A stretch of 64,000 nucleotides of DNA from assembly GCA_038063735.1 (NCBI GenBank), contig JBBTUN010000002.1, positions 13,321 through 77,320 on the forward strand, read 5' to 3'. The translations under genes were made by a program, and so were the position numbers. The DNA comes from Patescibacteria group bacterium. Its GTDB lineage: Bacteria > Patescibacteriota > Microgenomatia > Curtissbacterales > GWA2-41-24. Shown here in pieces: positions 16,941 through 28,216 of the stretch. The first letter of the stretch is position 1, and every line of letters begins with the position of its first letter. The notes under the pieces were generated by a model. It was not told the DNA's origin and did no database searches. It worked only from the letters and a program-made list of their open reading frames with translations.

Positions 16941-17498
16941 ATGTCTGTCCAAAGTAACGCACAAAAACCTCCCGTACAGACATCCGACGATACGCAAGCG
17001 TCTTCTGTTGCCGTACCTGTCGATGATGACCAGATTTCTGTAAGAGGTGGAAGTAAAGAGGTAGATTCTCAGAGGTTCGAGGAAGCAAAGTTGCTCCGGG
17101 AAGTTGTAAAAGAAAGTCATGATGCGGATAAAGAAGCTGAGAGACAGGTAAAAGATGCAATCGGAGAAGCAAAGCTGGCAAGGCCCGAGGTTAAGATAAG
17201 CGCGGATATTGCCCAACACGGTGTAAAGTCTCCGGAGGAAGATGCGTATGAGACGCTGGAAAAGGGGAGCACAATTACTCTAACTGCTACCGAGGAAGCT
17301 TATGAGAAGGGCAAAGGAACAAAAGTTAAAGGAAAAATTTCTTCAATTACGGGTAACGTTAGTGGTGTTTTATCAATCGCCGCTTTGGCTATGTATATAG
17401 GAAGGATTATTAAAATAGCTCACAGGCATGCAAGACGTGTAATTTTTAGAAACTCTTCAGCAGAGAATAGTAAAGGCGAAGGTAAGGAGAGTGAATGA
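16941..17498 (+). CDS. hypothetical acidic protein with C-terminal membrane anchor
   Basis: 185-aa ORF, D/E/K-rich, hydrophobic C-terminal segment VLSIAALAMYIG; immediately upstream of the VirD4-like gene. Confidence 0.4.
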   Translation: MSVQSNAQKPPVQTSDDTQASSVAVPVDDDQISVRGGSKEVDSQRFEEAKLLREVVKESHDADKEAERQVKDAIGEAKLARPEVKISADIAQHGVKSPEEDAYETLEKGSTITLTATEEAYEKGKGTKVKGKISSITGNVSGVLSIAALAMYIGRIIKIAHRHARRVIFRNSSAENSKGEGKESE

Positions 17499-17501
17499 CA
17501 T

Positions 17502-19868
17502 ATGCCAATAGAGAGTGTAGGTAGACAAACGGGTCAGATTGATCCGCTTTCCGGATTTCAAATAATTTTAGGTACTTTGGGAATAATTGCTTTGGTTATT
17601 CTCGTTTTAGGTGGGCTGACATTTGTTGTTGGCTGGCTGTGGATTATCTGGATGAAGAATAAAAACCGGGAAGTAAAATCTTTGGACTTTGTCCTCATGC
17701 AAATTGCAGTGCCCAGGGATAATGAGATAAAGATTGATGCTGCCGAGCAAATGTTTGCGTCAATTTATTCAATACACAAAAGTCATGGGACTTTTGGATT
17801 TTTGACCCCACAAGAACATTTTTCCTTGGAGATTGTAGCAACACCCGAGCAGATTAAATTTTATATTTCTTGTCCTAAATCGCTTCAGGATCTGGTGGAG
17901 AAGCAAATTCATGGATCATATCCGGGGGCCGAAGTAAGAGAAGTAGACGAGTACAATATTTTTTCTGAAGATGGGAAGTTGGCTTTTGCAGCTCTTAGGC
18001 TTAAGGAATCTAATTATTACCCCTTAAAGACTCATAAAGATCTTGCTGTTGATCCCTTATCTCAAGTCACTTCGGCGCTTGCCAAAATGGCTCCGGGAGA
18101 GGGTGCTGTTATTCAAATACTGGCGTCACCCGCGGATGGCAGATGGAGAAGCGCAGGCAAGAAATTCGTTTCTAAAACAAAGAGCGCGGAGCTGGACCCC
18201 AAAAAGGAACACAGTGTGCCACCTGACCCCAAGAAAATGGAGGCCATTGAGAGCAAGTGTTCAAAAGTTGGGTTTAATGTGGTTATTAGAATTATGGTTT
18301 CTGCAAAAACCGATGAAGAAGCAAAAGTTCACTTGGATAATATTAAAAGCACTTTTTCCCAGTTTGATGGTGAATACAACGGTTTTGGCAATGCCGGAAT
18401 TAGGTTTAAGAAACAGTTTTTAGTTGATTTTATTTACAGGTATATGCCGCTTTTTGGCCAGTATGGGATTATAAATAGTGAAGAGTTGGCAACCCTATTT
18501 CACTTGCCGAATAAAACTGTTGAGACGCCGGGTATTTTTTGGGTTAATGCAAAAAGAGCACCGGCTCCGGCACAAATTCCGTCATCCGGGCTACATTTGG
18601 GAAAGAGTGTTTACCGCGGTTCTACTAAGGAAGTTTTTGTTTCCGATGATGATAGAAGGCGCCATATTTACATAATAGGGAAAACCGGTACCGGAAAGAC
18701 CGAGCTTTTGAAGTACATGATAATGCAGGATATTCGTGCCGGCCATGGAGTTTGTTTTATTGATCCTCATGGTGATGCTGCCGAAGACTTACTATCTCAA
18801 ATCCCACCAGAGCGGGCAGAGGATGTTATTTACTTTAATCCGGCGGATACCGAAAGACCGATTGGAATGAACATGCTGGAGGCGTCCACCGACCAGGAAA
18901 AACACTTTGTGGCAACCTACATTGTGGGTTTGATGTATAAGCTTTACGACCCACATAAGACGGGTATTATTGGCCCCAGATTTGAGCACGCAATCAGGAA
19001 TGCAATGCTTACCGTAATGAGTGAGCCCGGAAGTACTTTTATGGAAGTTGTCAGGGTACTAACTGACGCCAATTTTGTTCAGGAACTCCTACCAAAAGTT
19101 CAGGACCCGGTTGTAAGGCGCTATTGGACGGACCAGATTGCGCAGACATCTGACTTTCATAAAAGTGAAGTTTTAGATTACATCGTTTCCAAGTTTGGCA
19201 GATTTGTAACGGACAGAATGATGAGAAACATTATTGGGCAATCGCAAAGCGCATTTAATATTCGGGATATTATGGATAACCGTAAAATACTTTTGGTTAA
19301 CCTATCTAAAGGTAAAATTTCCGAAGAAAATTCCAACTTTTTGGGCTTAATACTGGTTCCTAAAATATTAGTCGCGGCCATGAGCAGGCAGGATGTGCCG
19401 GAGGCTCAGCGGCCGGATTTTTTCCTGTATGTTGATGAGTTTCAAAACTTTGCGACAGAAACGTTTGCAGATATTTTGGCAGAAGCCAGAAAATTTCATT
19501 TGAACCTAATTGTTGCAAATCAGTTTATAGGGCAGATAGAAGAGGATGTTAAAAACGCTATCTTTGGTAACGTAGGCACGATTGTTAGCTTTAGAATCGG
19601 CGTAACAGATGGAAATTACCTGCAGCATGAATTTACGCCGGTATTTAGTGAGACGGATTTAATAAATGTTGAGCGCTTTCATGCATATGCAAAAACCATT
19701 GTTCATAATGAACCGGTACCGCCGTTTTCTTTGGATACAACCCGCGATATATCTAAGATAGAGAAGGATGATAGGATAGCGGAAATGATTAAACAGTTGT
19801 CTCGTTTGCGATACGGACGGGATGTGAACGTGGTCGATGCGGAGATAGTACATAGAGCAAGGCTTTAG
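17502..19868 (+). CDS. VirD4/TraG/TraD-like coupling-protein ATPase (type IV secretion family), membrane-anchored
   Basis: N-terminal TM helix; Walker A IIGKTGTGKTELL, CFIDPHGD and Walker B-like FLYVDEFQNF..E resemble T4SS coupling proteins and TraM-recognition domains. Confidence 0.5.
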   Translation: MPIESVGRQTGQIDPLSGFQIILGTLGIIALVILVLGGLTFVVGWLWIIWMKNKNREVKSLDFVLMQIAVPRDNEIKIDAAEQMFASIYSIHKSHGTFGFLTPQEHFSLEIVATPEQIKFYISCPKSLQDLVEKQIHGSYPGAEVREVDEYNIFSEDGKLAFAALRLKESNYYPLKTHKDLAVDPLSQVTSALAKMAPGEGAVIQILASPADGRWRSAGKKFVSKTKSAELDPKKEHSVPPDPKKMEAIESKCSKVGFNVVIRIMVSAKTDEEAKVHLDNIKSTFSQFDGEYNGFGNAGIRFKKQFLVDFIYRYMPLFGQYGIINSEELATLFHLPNKTVETPGIFWVNAKRAPAPAQIPSSGLHLGKSVYRGSTKEVFVSDDDRRRHIYIIGKTGTGKTELLKYMIMQDIRAGHGVCFIDPHGDAAEDLLSQIPPERAEDVIYFNPADTERPIGMNMLEASTDQEKHFVATYIVGLMYKLYDPHKTGIIGPRFEHAIRNAMLTVMSEPGSTFMEVVRVLTDANFVQELLPKVQDPVVRRYWTDQIAQTSDFHKSEVLDYIVSKFGRFVTDRMMRNIIGQSQSAFNIRDIMDNRKILLVNLSKGKISEENSNFLGLILVPKILVAAMSRQDVPEAQRPDFFLYVDEFQNFATETFADILAEARKFHLNLIVANQFIGQIEEDVKNAIFGNVGTIVSFRIGVTDGNYLQHEFTPVFSETDLINVERFHAYAKTIVHNEPVPPFSLDTTRDISKIEKDDRIAEMIKQLSRLRYGRDVNVVDAEIVHRARL

Positions 19869-19897
19869 AATTTTTTCATAACTGCCCAATATTTTAA

Positions 19898-20236
19898 ATG
19901 TTTTTCTTAACTCCAATTTTGGCGGGAATAATTTTGGTTGGTACTCTTGGTGCTGGTACTTATGTAACCGAGCAAGCAAGGGAAGTTGTCTCTAAATATA
20001 ATTTATCGCAAATTAGTCATGTTTTGGAAATTTATTATGTGGAGGATAGCAAATATCCGCAGAGTTTGGAAGAGGTTGTTAGAAGAGGAGAGGTTAAGAA
20101 TTTAAACGTGGCGGATTATTCGTATGAGCTTTTTGGGGATACAAAAGATGTGAAGGTTTGTGAGATTAAAATAAATATTTGTTGGACTTCTTTAGTGGGT
20201 CTGGATGGATTCGAACCATCGACGTCCACCTTATAA
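19898..20236 (+). CDS. type IV pilin/pseudopilin-like protein (3' extent uncertain)
   Basis: N-terminal hydrophobic helix ILAGIILVGTLGAGTYV followed by ...YPQSLEEV, typical of pilin-like proteins. The ORF runs antisense into the tRNA at 20195-20267, so the real stop may be earlier. Confidence 0.35.
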   Translation: MFFLTPILAGIILVGTLGAGTYVTEQAREVVSKYNLSQISHVLEIYYVEDSKYPQSLEEVVRRGEVKNLNVADYSYELFGDTKDVKVCEIKINICWTSLVGLDGFEPSTSTL

Positions 20237-20267
20237 GAGTGGCGCTCTAACCGCTGAGCTACAGACC
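20195..20267 (-). tRNA. tRNA with anticodon UAU (reads AUA; tRNA-Ile)
   Basis: Reverse complement GGGTCTG-TA-GCTC-AGCGGTTA-GAGC-G-CCACT-CTTATAA-GGTGG-ACGTC-GATGG-TTCGAAT-CCATC-CAGACCC-A folds as a cloverleaf with 7/4/5/5-bp stems and a T-loop TTCGAAT; anticodon positions 34-36 are TAT. Confidence 0.7.
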
Positions 20268-20303
20268 CAATAATTTACTGGCAAGTATACCAAAATTTAT
20301 ATT

Positions 20304-20567
20304 TTATCTACCAAGACCGTCAAAAATTAATTTTTTGATCAATGATTGGTAGGGAATATCCATCTTGTGAGCCTGAATCTTTAACCTGTCTATCATGCCT
20401 GCTGGTAGACGCAATGTAATTGGCCTACTGGTAAGCTTTAGATTTGGAAAACTTACATGTCTGGCTGATGAATAATCCACGTATTGGGTAGAATCTACTC
20501 TTTGCCAGAAATCTCTTTCCTCTTTTTCAGATTTAAATTTTGGAATCAGTTTTAACTTTTTCTTCAT
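20304..20567 (-). CDS. brnA: BrnA-like antitoxin (CopG/RHH type)
   Basis: MKKKLKLIPKFKSEKEERDFWQ..DSTQYVD matches BrnA antitoxins; RBS GGAGG 5 nt upstream. Overlaps the toxin gene by 35 nt. Confidence 0.6.
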   Translation of the reverse strand: MKKKLKLIPKFKSEKEERDFWQRVDSTQYVDYSSARHVSFPNLKLTSRPITLRLPAGMIDRLKIQAHKMDIPYQSLIKKLIFDGLGR

Positions 20568-20847
20568 ACAACCTCCTTTCCTTAAAGTTTGCAATTCTTG
20601 CCGAAATTATTCTGACTTTATCGTTTCGTACTGTAAATGCAACAAATAACATCTTTACTTTTTTTATTTTACCTATCGCAATAAATCGAACCTCTTTTCC
20701 TGAGTGTTTTATATCCTCTTGAAAAAATAGGTTTTCATCAAGAAATGCGCTTTCTGCTTCGTTTTGAGTAATCCCATGTTTGTGAAGGCTTTTGTCAATG
20801 TTACCTCTATCCCACTCAAAGCCTTTGATTTTAGTTAAATCAATCAC
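20533..20847 (-). CDS. brnT: BrnT-like toxin (DUF497 ribonuclease)
   Basis: FEWDRGNIDKSLHKHGITQNEAESAF...RFIAIGK.....LFVAFTVRNDKVRIISAR matches the DUF497/BrnT consensus; GTG start chosen just before KGFEWD. Confidence 0.6.
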   Translation of the reverse strand: MIDLTKIKGFEWDRGNIDKSLHKHGITQNEAESAFLDENLFFQEDIKHSGKEVRFIAIGKIKKVKMLFVAFTVRNDKVRIISARIANFKERRLYEEKVKTDSKI

Positions 20848-20883
20848 TGTACATATGATATATGTACAGAGTAGGCTTGTCAA
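20847..20883 (-). promoter_or_regulatory. sigma70-like promoter (TTGACA-17-TATCAT) with palindromic operator TGTACATATGATATATGTACA for brnTA
   Basis: Minus-strand reading: TTGACAagcctactctgtacataTATCATATGTACAgtg...; the 21-bp perfect palindrome overlaps the -10 and start, typical of TA autoregulation. Confidence 0.5.
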
Positions 20884-20908
20884 TATTTTATACTGGTATA
20901 ATTTCCCC

Positions 20909-21697
20909 ATGAAGATTGGAATTGTTTTCAAAGAAGGTAATGTGAAAGCGCAAAGCTTGGTAAAGGAGGCAAGTGCATACATCCGATCTAGGGGGCATGA
21001 GGTTTTAGGTGAAGATGCACTTGAAGGAGCCGATTACATAGTAACCTTTGGTGGCGACGGTACTTTGATCCATAAGGCTTGCGAGCACGTAGAGCGTAAT
21101 GTCCCATTTGTAGGTGTAAATACCGGCAATATTGGCTTTTTGACCGCTGTAGAATCGGATAGTTGGCAAGAGGCAATGGACAAGATTTTGGCTGGGAAGG
21201 TTTTTGTTTCCGAAAGGATGAGTTTGCAGGTTGCGGTGGGTGATAAATTGTACAGTGCTGTTAATGAAGTGGCGGTAAAAGGCTTGTATAGAGTAGTGAA
21301 TTTAAAAATTAATATTAAGGGTGAGGATTTTTTGAGTATTCTGGGGGATGGGGTAATTGTAGCCGGACAAACCGGTTCTACGGCTTATTCTTTATCGGCA
21401 GGAGGTCCGATTGTGGATCCGGATTTGGACTGTTTTTTGCTAACACCGATTAACCCGATAGGTTTGCCAATTCCATCGGTTGTTTTGTCATCTACCGACA
21501 CTATTTCTATTTCTGTCGCCAAGGGTGGAGATGTTTCTTTAATCATCGACGGCCAGGAACACACAAAGCTTGAAAGTGGAGCAGTGGTGGGGGTAAAAAA
21601 AGGGGAAAATAATATTAAATTTGGATATTTTGACCAGAACCACTTTTTAAAGGCATTGAATGCAAAGTTTGGATTAGGAAGTCGGGCGAAGGGTTAG
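20909..21697 (+). CDS. nadK: NAD kinase
   Basis: MKIGIVFKEGN...TFGGDGTLI (GGDG motif)...NE.....G matches PpnK/NadK; start chosen at MKIG rather than the ORF-track extension. TATAAT lies 6 nt upstream of the ATG. Confidence 0.8.
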   Translation: MKIGIVFKEGNVKAQSLVKEASAYIRSRGHEVLGEDALEGADYIVTFGGDGTLIHKACEHVERNVPFVGVNTGNIGFLTAVESDSWQEAMDKILAGKVFVSERMSLQVAVGDKLYSAVNEVAVKGLYRVVNLKINIKGEDFLSILGDGVIVAGQTGSTAYSLSAGGPIVDPDLDCFLLTPINPIGLPIPSVVLSSTDTISISVAKGGDVSLIIDGQEHTKLESGAVVGVKKGENNIKFGYFDQNHFLKALNAKFGLGSRAKG

Positions 21698-22212
21698 CTG
21701 TTAAATTTATCTACAATTTGTTTTAGCACTTCTTCTTCGGGCTTGTTCGTAGTGTCGATTTGCAGATTAAAAAACTTTGGATCGAGGTAATCTTCGTTTG
21801 AATACAGTTTTTTAAATTTAGCGTCCAGCCCAACTTCGCGTTTTTTGATTTCTTCTACCGTTTCCGCGTGGGTATGGTGTCTGGCGAGGGCCCTTTTAAA
21901 TCTTTCTTTGTCCTCGCACTTTAACAGAACTTTTAGGACTTCCGGATTATCTTTGGTAAAGTAGCCCAGATAATGGGCGTCGATAACCCAGCCACCGCTT
22001 TTGGCAAGCTCTGCTAGTTTGGCATCAGCCTCTTGGTCTACATTATCCGGAATTTGAGCTTTATCATAGAGGGGAATATTGTGCTCGAGAGCGTATTTAC
22101 GGAAGAAATCGCCCGCAGATTCGTATTTAAGATTGAGTTTTTGAGCCACATTCTTTGCAGCAGTAGATGTGCCTGAGGCTATTTGGCCGGAAATGACGAT
22201 GGAGCGATACAT
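21694..22212 (-). CDS. archaeal-type cytidylate (CMP) kinase / P-loop NMP kinase
   Basis: P-loop ISGQIASGTST at the N-terminus (start at MYRSIV), about 170 aa, characteristic of short CMP kinases. Confidence 0.5.
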   Translation of the reverse strand: MYRSIVISGQIASGTSTAAKNVAQKLNLKYESAGDFFRKYALEHNIPLYDKAQIPDNVDQEADAKLAELAKSGGWVIDAHYLGYFTKDNPEVLKVLLKCEDKERFKRALARHHTHAETVEEIKKREVGLDAKFKKLYSNEDYLDPKFFNLQIDTTNKPEEEVLKQIVDKFNS

Positions 22213-22281
22213 GGTTAATTTCCAATTACAAATTTCCAATTTCCAAATTTTGGAGCTTGGGGTTTTGTCATTTGGAATTGA

Positions 22282-22692
22282 TTATACACGTCTGTGTCTT
22301 CTTTTTATCCTGAGTTGGGCGAGGGCTTTTTGGAGATTGGCAGCAGCGTAGGCGTATTCTTCCTCGCTGAGCTCATGTTTTTTGGCCAGTGCTTCTTCTG
22401 CCTCTTTTTTGGCTGCCTCGATTGCTTTTTCTTCCAGTTCTTCTTCCGGTGCTGCCAAATCTACCAGAACTTTGACGTTGTTTTGGGCGACTTGGGCAAA
22501 ACCAAAGCCGGCCGCAAGATGATTTTCTTTTGAATGTTTTTTGTAGAGCAGCTCTCCGGGTTCTACTAAGGTGATGAGACTGGTGTGATGGGGGAGAATT
22601 GTGATTTGACCGCTTTTTGTCGGGAGACTGATCTGGTCAACCTCATCGTCGAAAACCGTTTTTTCGGGAGTGATTATTTGAAGGTGGATCAT
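22282..22692 (-). CDS. atpC: ATP synthase F1 epsilon subunit
   Basis: MIHLQIITPEKTVFDDEVDQISLPTKSGQITILPHH; last gene of the atp operon. Confidence 0.8.
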   Translation of the reverse strand: MIHLQIITPEKTVFDDEVDQISLPTKSGQITILPHHTSLITLVEPGELLYKKHSKENHLAAGFGFAQVAQNNVKVLVDLAAPEEELEEKAIEAAKKEAEEALAKKHELSEEEYAYAAANLQKALAQLRIKRRHRRV

Positions 22693-22741
22693 GTGAATAA
22701 GTTACAAATTGATTTGTGCTAATTTATGTGAATGGGCCATA

Positions 22742-23035
22742 TTAATTAAAGAAAGGGATACCTAATAAAGGGAATATTGAAATTGCACCAATAAGTAAAG
22801 GCCAGAATAAGATAATAATGATCATTGTTTTTGGTCCAGCAATGAATTGACTGGCTGCTGTAACGTCTAGATATTTCGCAATGAGTAAGGTAATCACACC
22901 AAAAAGAAAATAAATACTAAGACTGGTGATTAGTGTTGGAATTTTTCCTGAAAATAACTTTCTTGAGATGAACCAACCTAATAAATAACTAATAACTATT
23001 CCAATAATTAATGTAAAGATTAATATGATTGCCAT
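22742..23035 (-). CDS. hypothetical small membrane protein
   Basis: 97 aa, three hydrophobic helices, between atpD and atpC. Confidence 0.3.
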   Translation of the reverse strand: MAIILIFTLIIGIVISYLLGWFISRKLFSGKIPTLITSLSIYFLFGVITLLIAKYLDVTAASQFIAGPKTMIIIILFWPLLIGAISIFPLLGIPFFN

Positions 23036-23040
23036 TTATA

Positions 23041-25295
<2,255 letters not shown>

Positions 25296-26918
25296 TTATT
25301 TGTTTTTGCGGGTCCTGCCACGCTTTTCCCCCGTCCGACGTCCTCGCTTTGAGTTTGAATTTGGTAATGATGTTTTCTTTTCGCTTGCTGCGGGCGCTCG
25401 ACGGGGTCCCCCAAGCGTGTCACCCGCGTCTGGGTTTGTTGAGGTAGTTTTTCCTGTCACTAATTTTTCCAGTTGGCCTTTAACAAAATCGTCTATTTCT
25501 TTTTTATCTTCCAAATAGTCTTTTAGCTTTTTGTTTGCTTCAAACAGTGCGAGAATTTTTTCTTCCTGTTTTGCCACATCTTCTATCGGGACGCTGTCGA
25601 GATGCCCATTGGTGACTGCCCACAGTATGACTACCTGAGCAGTAACGTCCATGGGTTTTAATTGCGGTTGTTTAAGAACCTCGACGATTCTCCGGCCACG
25701 TTCGAGGCGAATTCTGGTACTTTCATCCAGGTCCGACCCAAATTGGGCAAATGCTGCCAGAGATCTGTATTGAGATAAATCCAGCCTTAGGGTTCCGGCA
25801 ACTTGTTTCATCATTTTTGTTTGAGCTGCTCCACCGACACGCGAAACTGATATTCCAGGATTTACAGCGGGGCGGATGCCAGAATTAAAAAGATCTGCTT
25901 CCAGAAAGATTTGACCATCCGTTATTGAAATAACATTGGTTGGGATGTAAGCAGACACATCTCCGGCCTGGGTTTCGATAATGGGTAGGGCAGTCAGCGA
26001 TCCACCGCCGTATTTTTCGTCCATACGGGCTGCCCGTTCCAGGAGCCTCGAGTGAAGATAAAAAATATCTCCGGGGTAAGCTTCACGACCGGAAGGTCTT
26101 TTCAAAAGAAGAGAAAGTTGACGGTATGCCCAGGCGTGTTTGGATAAGTCGTCATAAATTACCAGTGCGTCCTTTCCCTGGTCCATAAAATATTCGCCCA
26201 TTGCACAACCTGTGTATGGAGCAACATACTGCATAGAAGCGGAGTCTGCGGCAGAGGCAGCGACTATTATCGTGTGATCGAGTGCTTTGTGTTTTTCGAG
26301 TGTTGCAACAACTTGGGCGATTTTACTGGTTTTCTGGCCAATTGCTACATAGATACAAATGACACCTTTACCTTTTTGGTTAATTATGGTGTCGAGTGTA
26401 ATTGCTGTTTTTCCGAGTCCCCTGTCTCCGATAATTAGCTCCCTTTGTCCGCGTCCAATTGGTATCATGGAATCAATTGCTTTAAGGCCCGTCTGTAGGG
26501 GAGTGTTAACAGATTTTCTGTAGATTACACCAGAGGCTATTTTTTCAACAGGATAAGCTTTTTTGGCCTTTATCGCACCTTTGTTGTCGATCGGATTTCC
26601 TAGTGCATTGATCACCCGACCAATTAATTCTTCGCCAACGGGGACTTCCAGAATCCTGCCGGTTGTTTGGCACTCGTCACCTTCTTTAAGTTGTGTCCAG
26701 TCTCCGAAGATAATCACTCCGACCGAATCTTCTTCGAGATTTAAGGCCAGGCCGGTGATGTCGTGTGGGAATTTAATAAGTTCGGATGCGGCTACATCGG
26801 AGAGACCGGCAACTCTGGCAACACCGTCACCGATTTCCAAAATTGTCCCGACATTTTTCGGAGCTTGTGAGAATTTTGACTTTTCTATTTGTTTTTCTAT
26901 TTCTTCTACAATACTCAT
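25296..26918 (-). CDS. atpA: ATP synthase F1 alpha subunit with repeat-encoded C-terminal extension
   Basis: [10 protein letters not shown]-loop and alpha-subunit motifs; about 35 extra C-terminal residues encoded by the family-A element at 25390-25430. Confidence 0.95.
   Translation of the reverse strand: MSIVEEIEKQIEKSKFSQAPKNVGTILEIGDGVARVAGLSDVAASELIKFPHDITGLALNLEEDSVGVIIFGDWTQLKEGDECQTTGRILEVPVGEELIGRVINALGNPIDNKGAIKAKKAYPVEKIASGVIYRKSVNTPLQTGLKAIDSMIPIGRGQRELIIGDRGLGKTAITLDTIINQKGKGVICIYVAIGQKTSKIAQVVATLEKHKALDHTIIVAASAADSASMQYVAPYTGCAMGEYFMDQGKDALVIYDDLSKHAWAYRQLSLLLKRPSGREAYPGDIFYLHSRLLERAARMDEKYGGGSLTALPIIETQAGDVSAYIPTNVISITDGQIFLEADLFNSGIRPAVNPGISVSRVGGAAQTKMMKQVAGTLRLDLSQYRSLAAFAQFGSDLDESTRIRLERGRRIVEVLKQPQLKPMDVTAQVVILWAVTNGHLDSVPIEDVAKQEEKILALFEANKKLKDYLEDKKEIDDFVKGQLEKLVTGKTTSTNPDAGDTLGGPRRAPAASEKKTSLPNSNSKRGRRTGEKRGRTRKNK
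25390..25430 (+). repeat. family-A-like element forming the atpA C-terminal extension (opposite orientation to the gene)
   Basis: gcgggcgctcgacggggtcccccaagcgtgtcacccgcgtc aligns with gcgcgctgtcggtagcccttccaatcgtgccacccgcgaa. Confidence 0.45.
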
Positions 26919-26930
26919 ATATATAAATTT

Positions 26931-27314
26931 TTAATTTAAAATTATTTGTTCTAGCTTTACCTCCAGCGTATTATCCCAGATCCAGTCACCCTGATAAATT
27001 CGGGCGCCATATGTGATATTTGGATTTGTTTTGTTAGTAACTTTTGTTATGTGACCAATTTTTTTTAAATTATCAACAACACTTTTTTGGAGAGTTATTT
27101 TGTTGTTTGTTTCGATAATAATCTCTTCTTTTTTGAGTTTTTCGCTAATTAACCTTTTGTATGTCTTTAATATATGGGTAAGTTTAAAAGGATTTTGATT
27201 TATCAACTTGCCGGTTATAATCCGTACCTTTTTCTCGTCTACTATGCCTGCGGTTAAACTTCTTTTATATAAAGCTTTGGCAAGAACGTCTAAATATTTT
27301 TTACTTGTATTCAT
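26931..27314 (-). CDS. atpH: ATP synthase F1 delta subunit (short form)
   Basis: Position between atpF and atpA; C-terminal ...ARIYQGDWIWDNTLEVKLEQI resembles the OSCP C-terminus. Confidence 0.55.
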   Translation of the reverse strand: MNTSKKYLDVLAKALYKRSLTAGIVDEKKVRIITGKLINQNPFKLTHILKTYKRLISEKLKKEEIIIETNNKITLQKSVVDNLKKIGHITKVTNKTNPNITYGARIYQGDWIWDNTLEVKLEQIILN

Positions 27315-27818
27315 TTATATGTTTTTTGTAATTTCTGCAATAGATTTTTTTGTTAATTCTTGTTTTTCTTGAGGTTTCAGGTTTCTGCCAAGAACCTTTT
27401 TAACTACCTCTGTAACCAAGACAAGAGTTTCTTGGGCAATTTCTTCTTTCATTTTAACCTTTTGCGCTTCTATTTGATTTTGGGCAGAAGCTAGCGCTTC
27501 CGTAATAGTTTTTTTAGCTTCTTCTACGGCTTGTTTTGCTATTTCATCTGATTTTGCTCTGGCATCTTCGATTATTTGTTGTGCTTGGTCTTGGCTGGAA
27601 GCTATAATTTTTGCACTTCTTTCTTCTGTGTCTTTTAACTTTTGCTCAATAAGATCGGCGTTTTTCAGGCTTTCCTCTATAGTTTTTTTGCGGTCATCTA
27701 AAATTTTTAAGATTTTTCCATAAAAAAACTTCCTCAGTAAAAAGAGGATTATTAAGAAATTTACTATTTGTCCAAATAAAAGTGTTGGTTGGACGCCAAA
27801 ATCTTTTAGAATATCCAT
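27315..27818 (-). CDS. atpF: ATP synthase Fo b subunit
   Basis: N-terminal TM helix then a long charged coiled coil; operon position. Confidence 0.7.
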   Translation of the reverse strand: MDILKDFGVQPTLLFGQIVNFLIILFLLRKFFYGKILKILDDRKKTIEESLKNADLIEQKLKDTEERSAKIIASSQDQAQQIIEDARAKSDEIAKQAVEEAKKTITEALASAQNQIEAQKVKMKEEIAQETLVLVTEVVKKVLGRNLKPQEKQELTKKSIAEITKNI

Positions 27819-27828
27819 TTACATGCTT

Positions 27829-27918
27829 AAAGACTAACGCTTAACGACAAACGCTAGTTACCATCTAATGACTGCCTTCTAATGCCTTAGTCGTTAGACG
27901 TTGGTCGTTTAGCGTAAT

Positions 27919-27920
<2 letters not shown>
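27829..27920. repeat. palindromic intergenic element between atpE and atpF (TAACG/CTAATG units)
   Basis: ctaacgcttaacgacaaacgctag ... ctaatgactgccttctaatgcc ... gtcgttagacgttggtcgtttagcg: the arms are near reverse complements and fill the whole atpE-atpF spacer. Confidence 0.55.
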
Positions 27921-28137
<217 letters not shown>

Positions 28138-28216
28138 TCACCTCCTTTGATTAACTTGAAACAATAAACAATAAACTTAAAACTGCTTTTTTTGTTTTCT
28201 GTTTCTGGTTTATAGT

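Noticed and set aside
25296-26918. Inteins or large insertions in over-length housekeeping proteins (atpA 540 aa, recF 387 aa, ligase 637 aa, sufC 296 aa)
   Set aside because: The extra length is accounted for by 30-45-residue in-frame repeat elements; no intein splice motifs (C/S...HN-C/S/T, LAGLIDADG/HNH blocks) are present.
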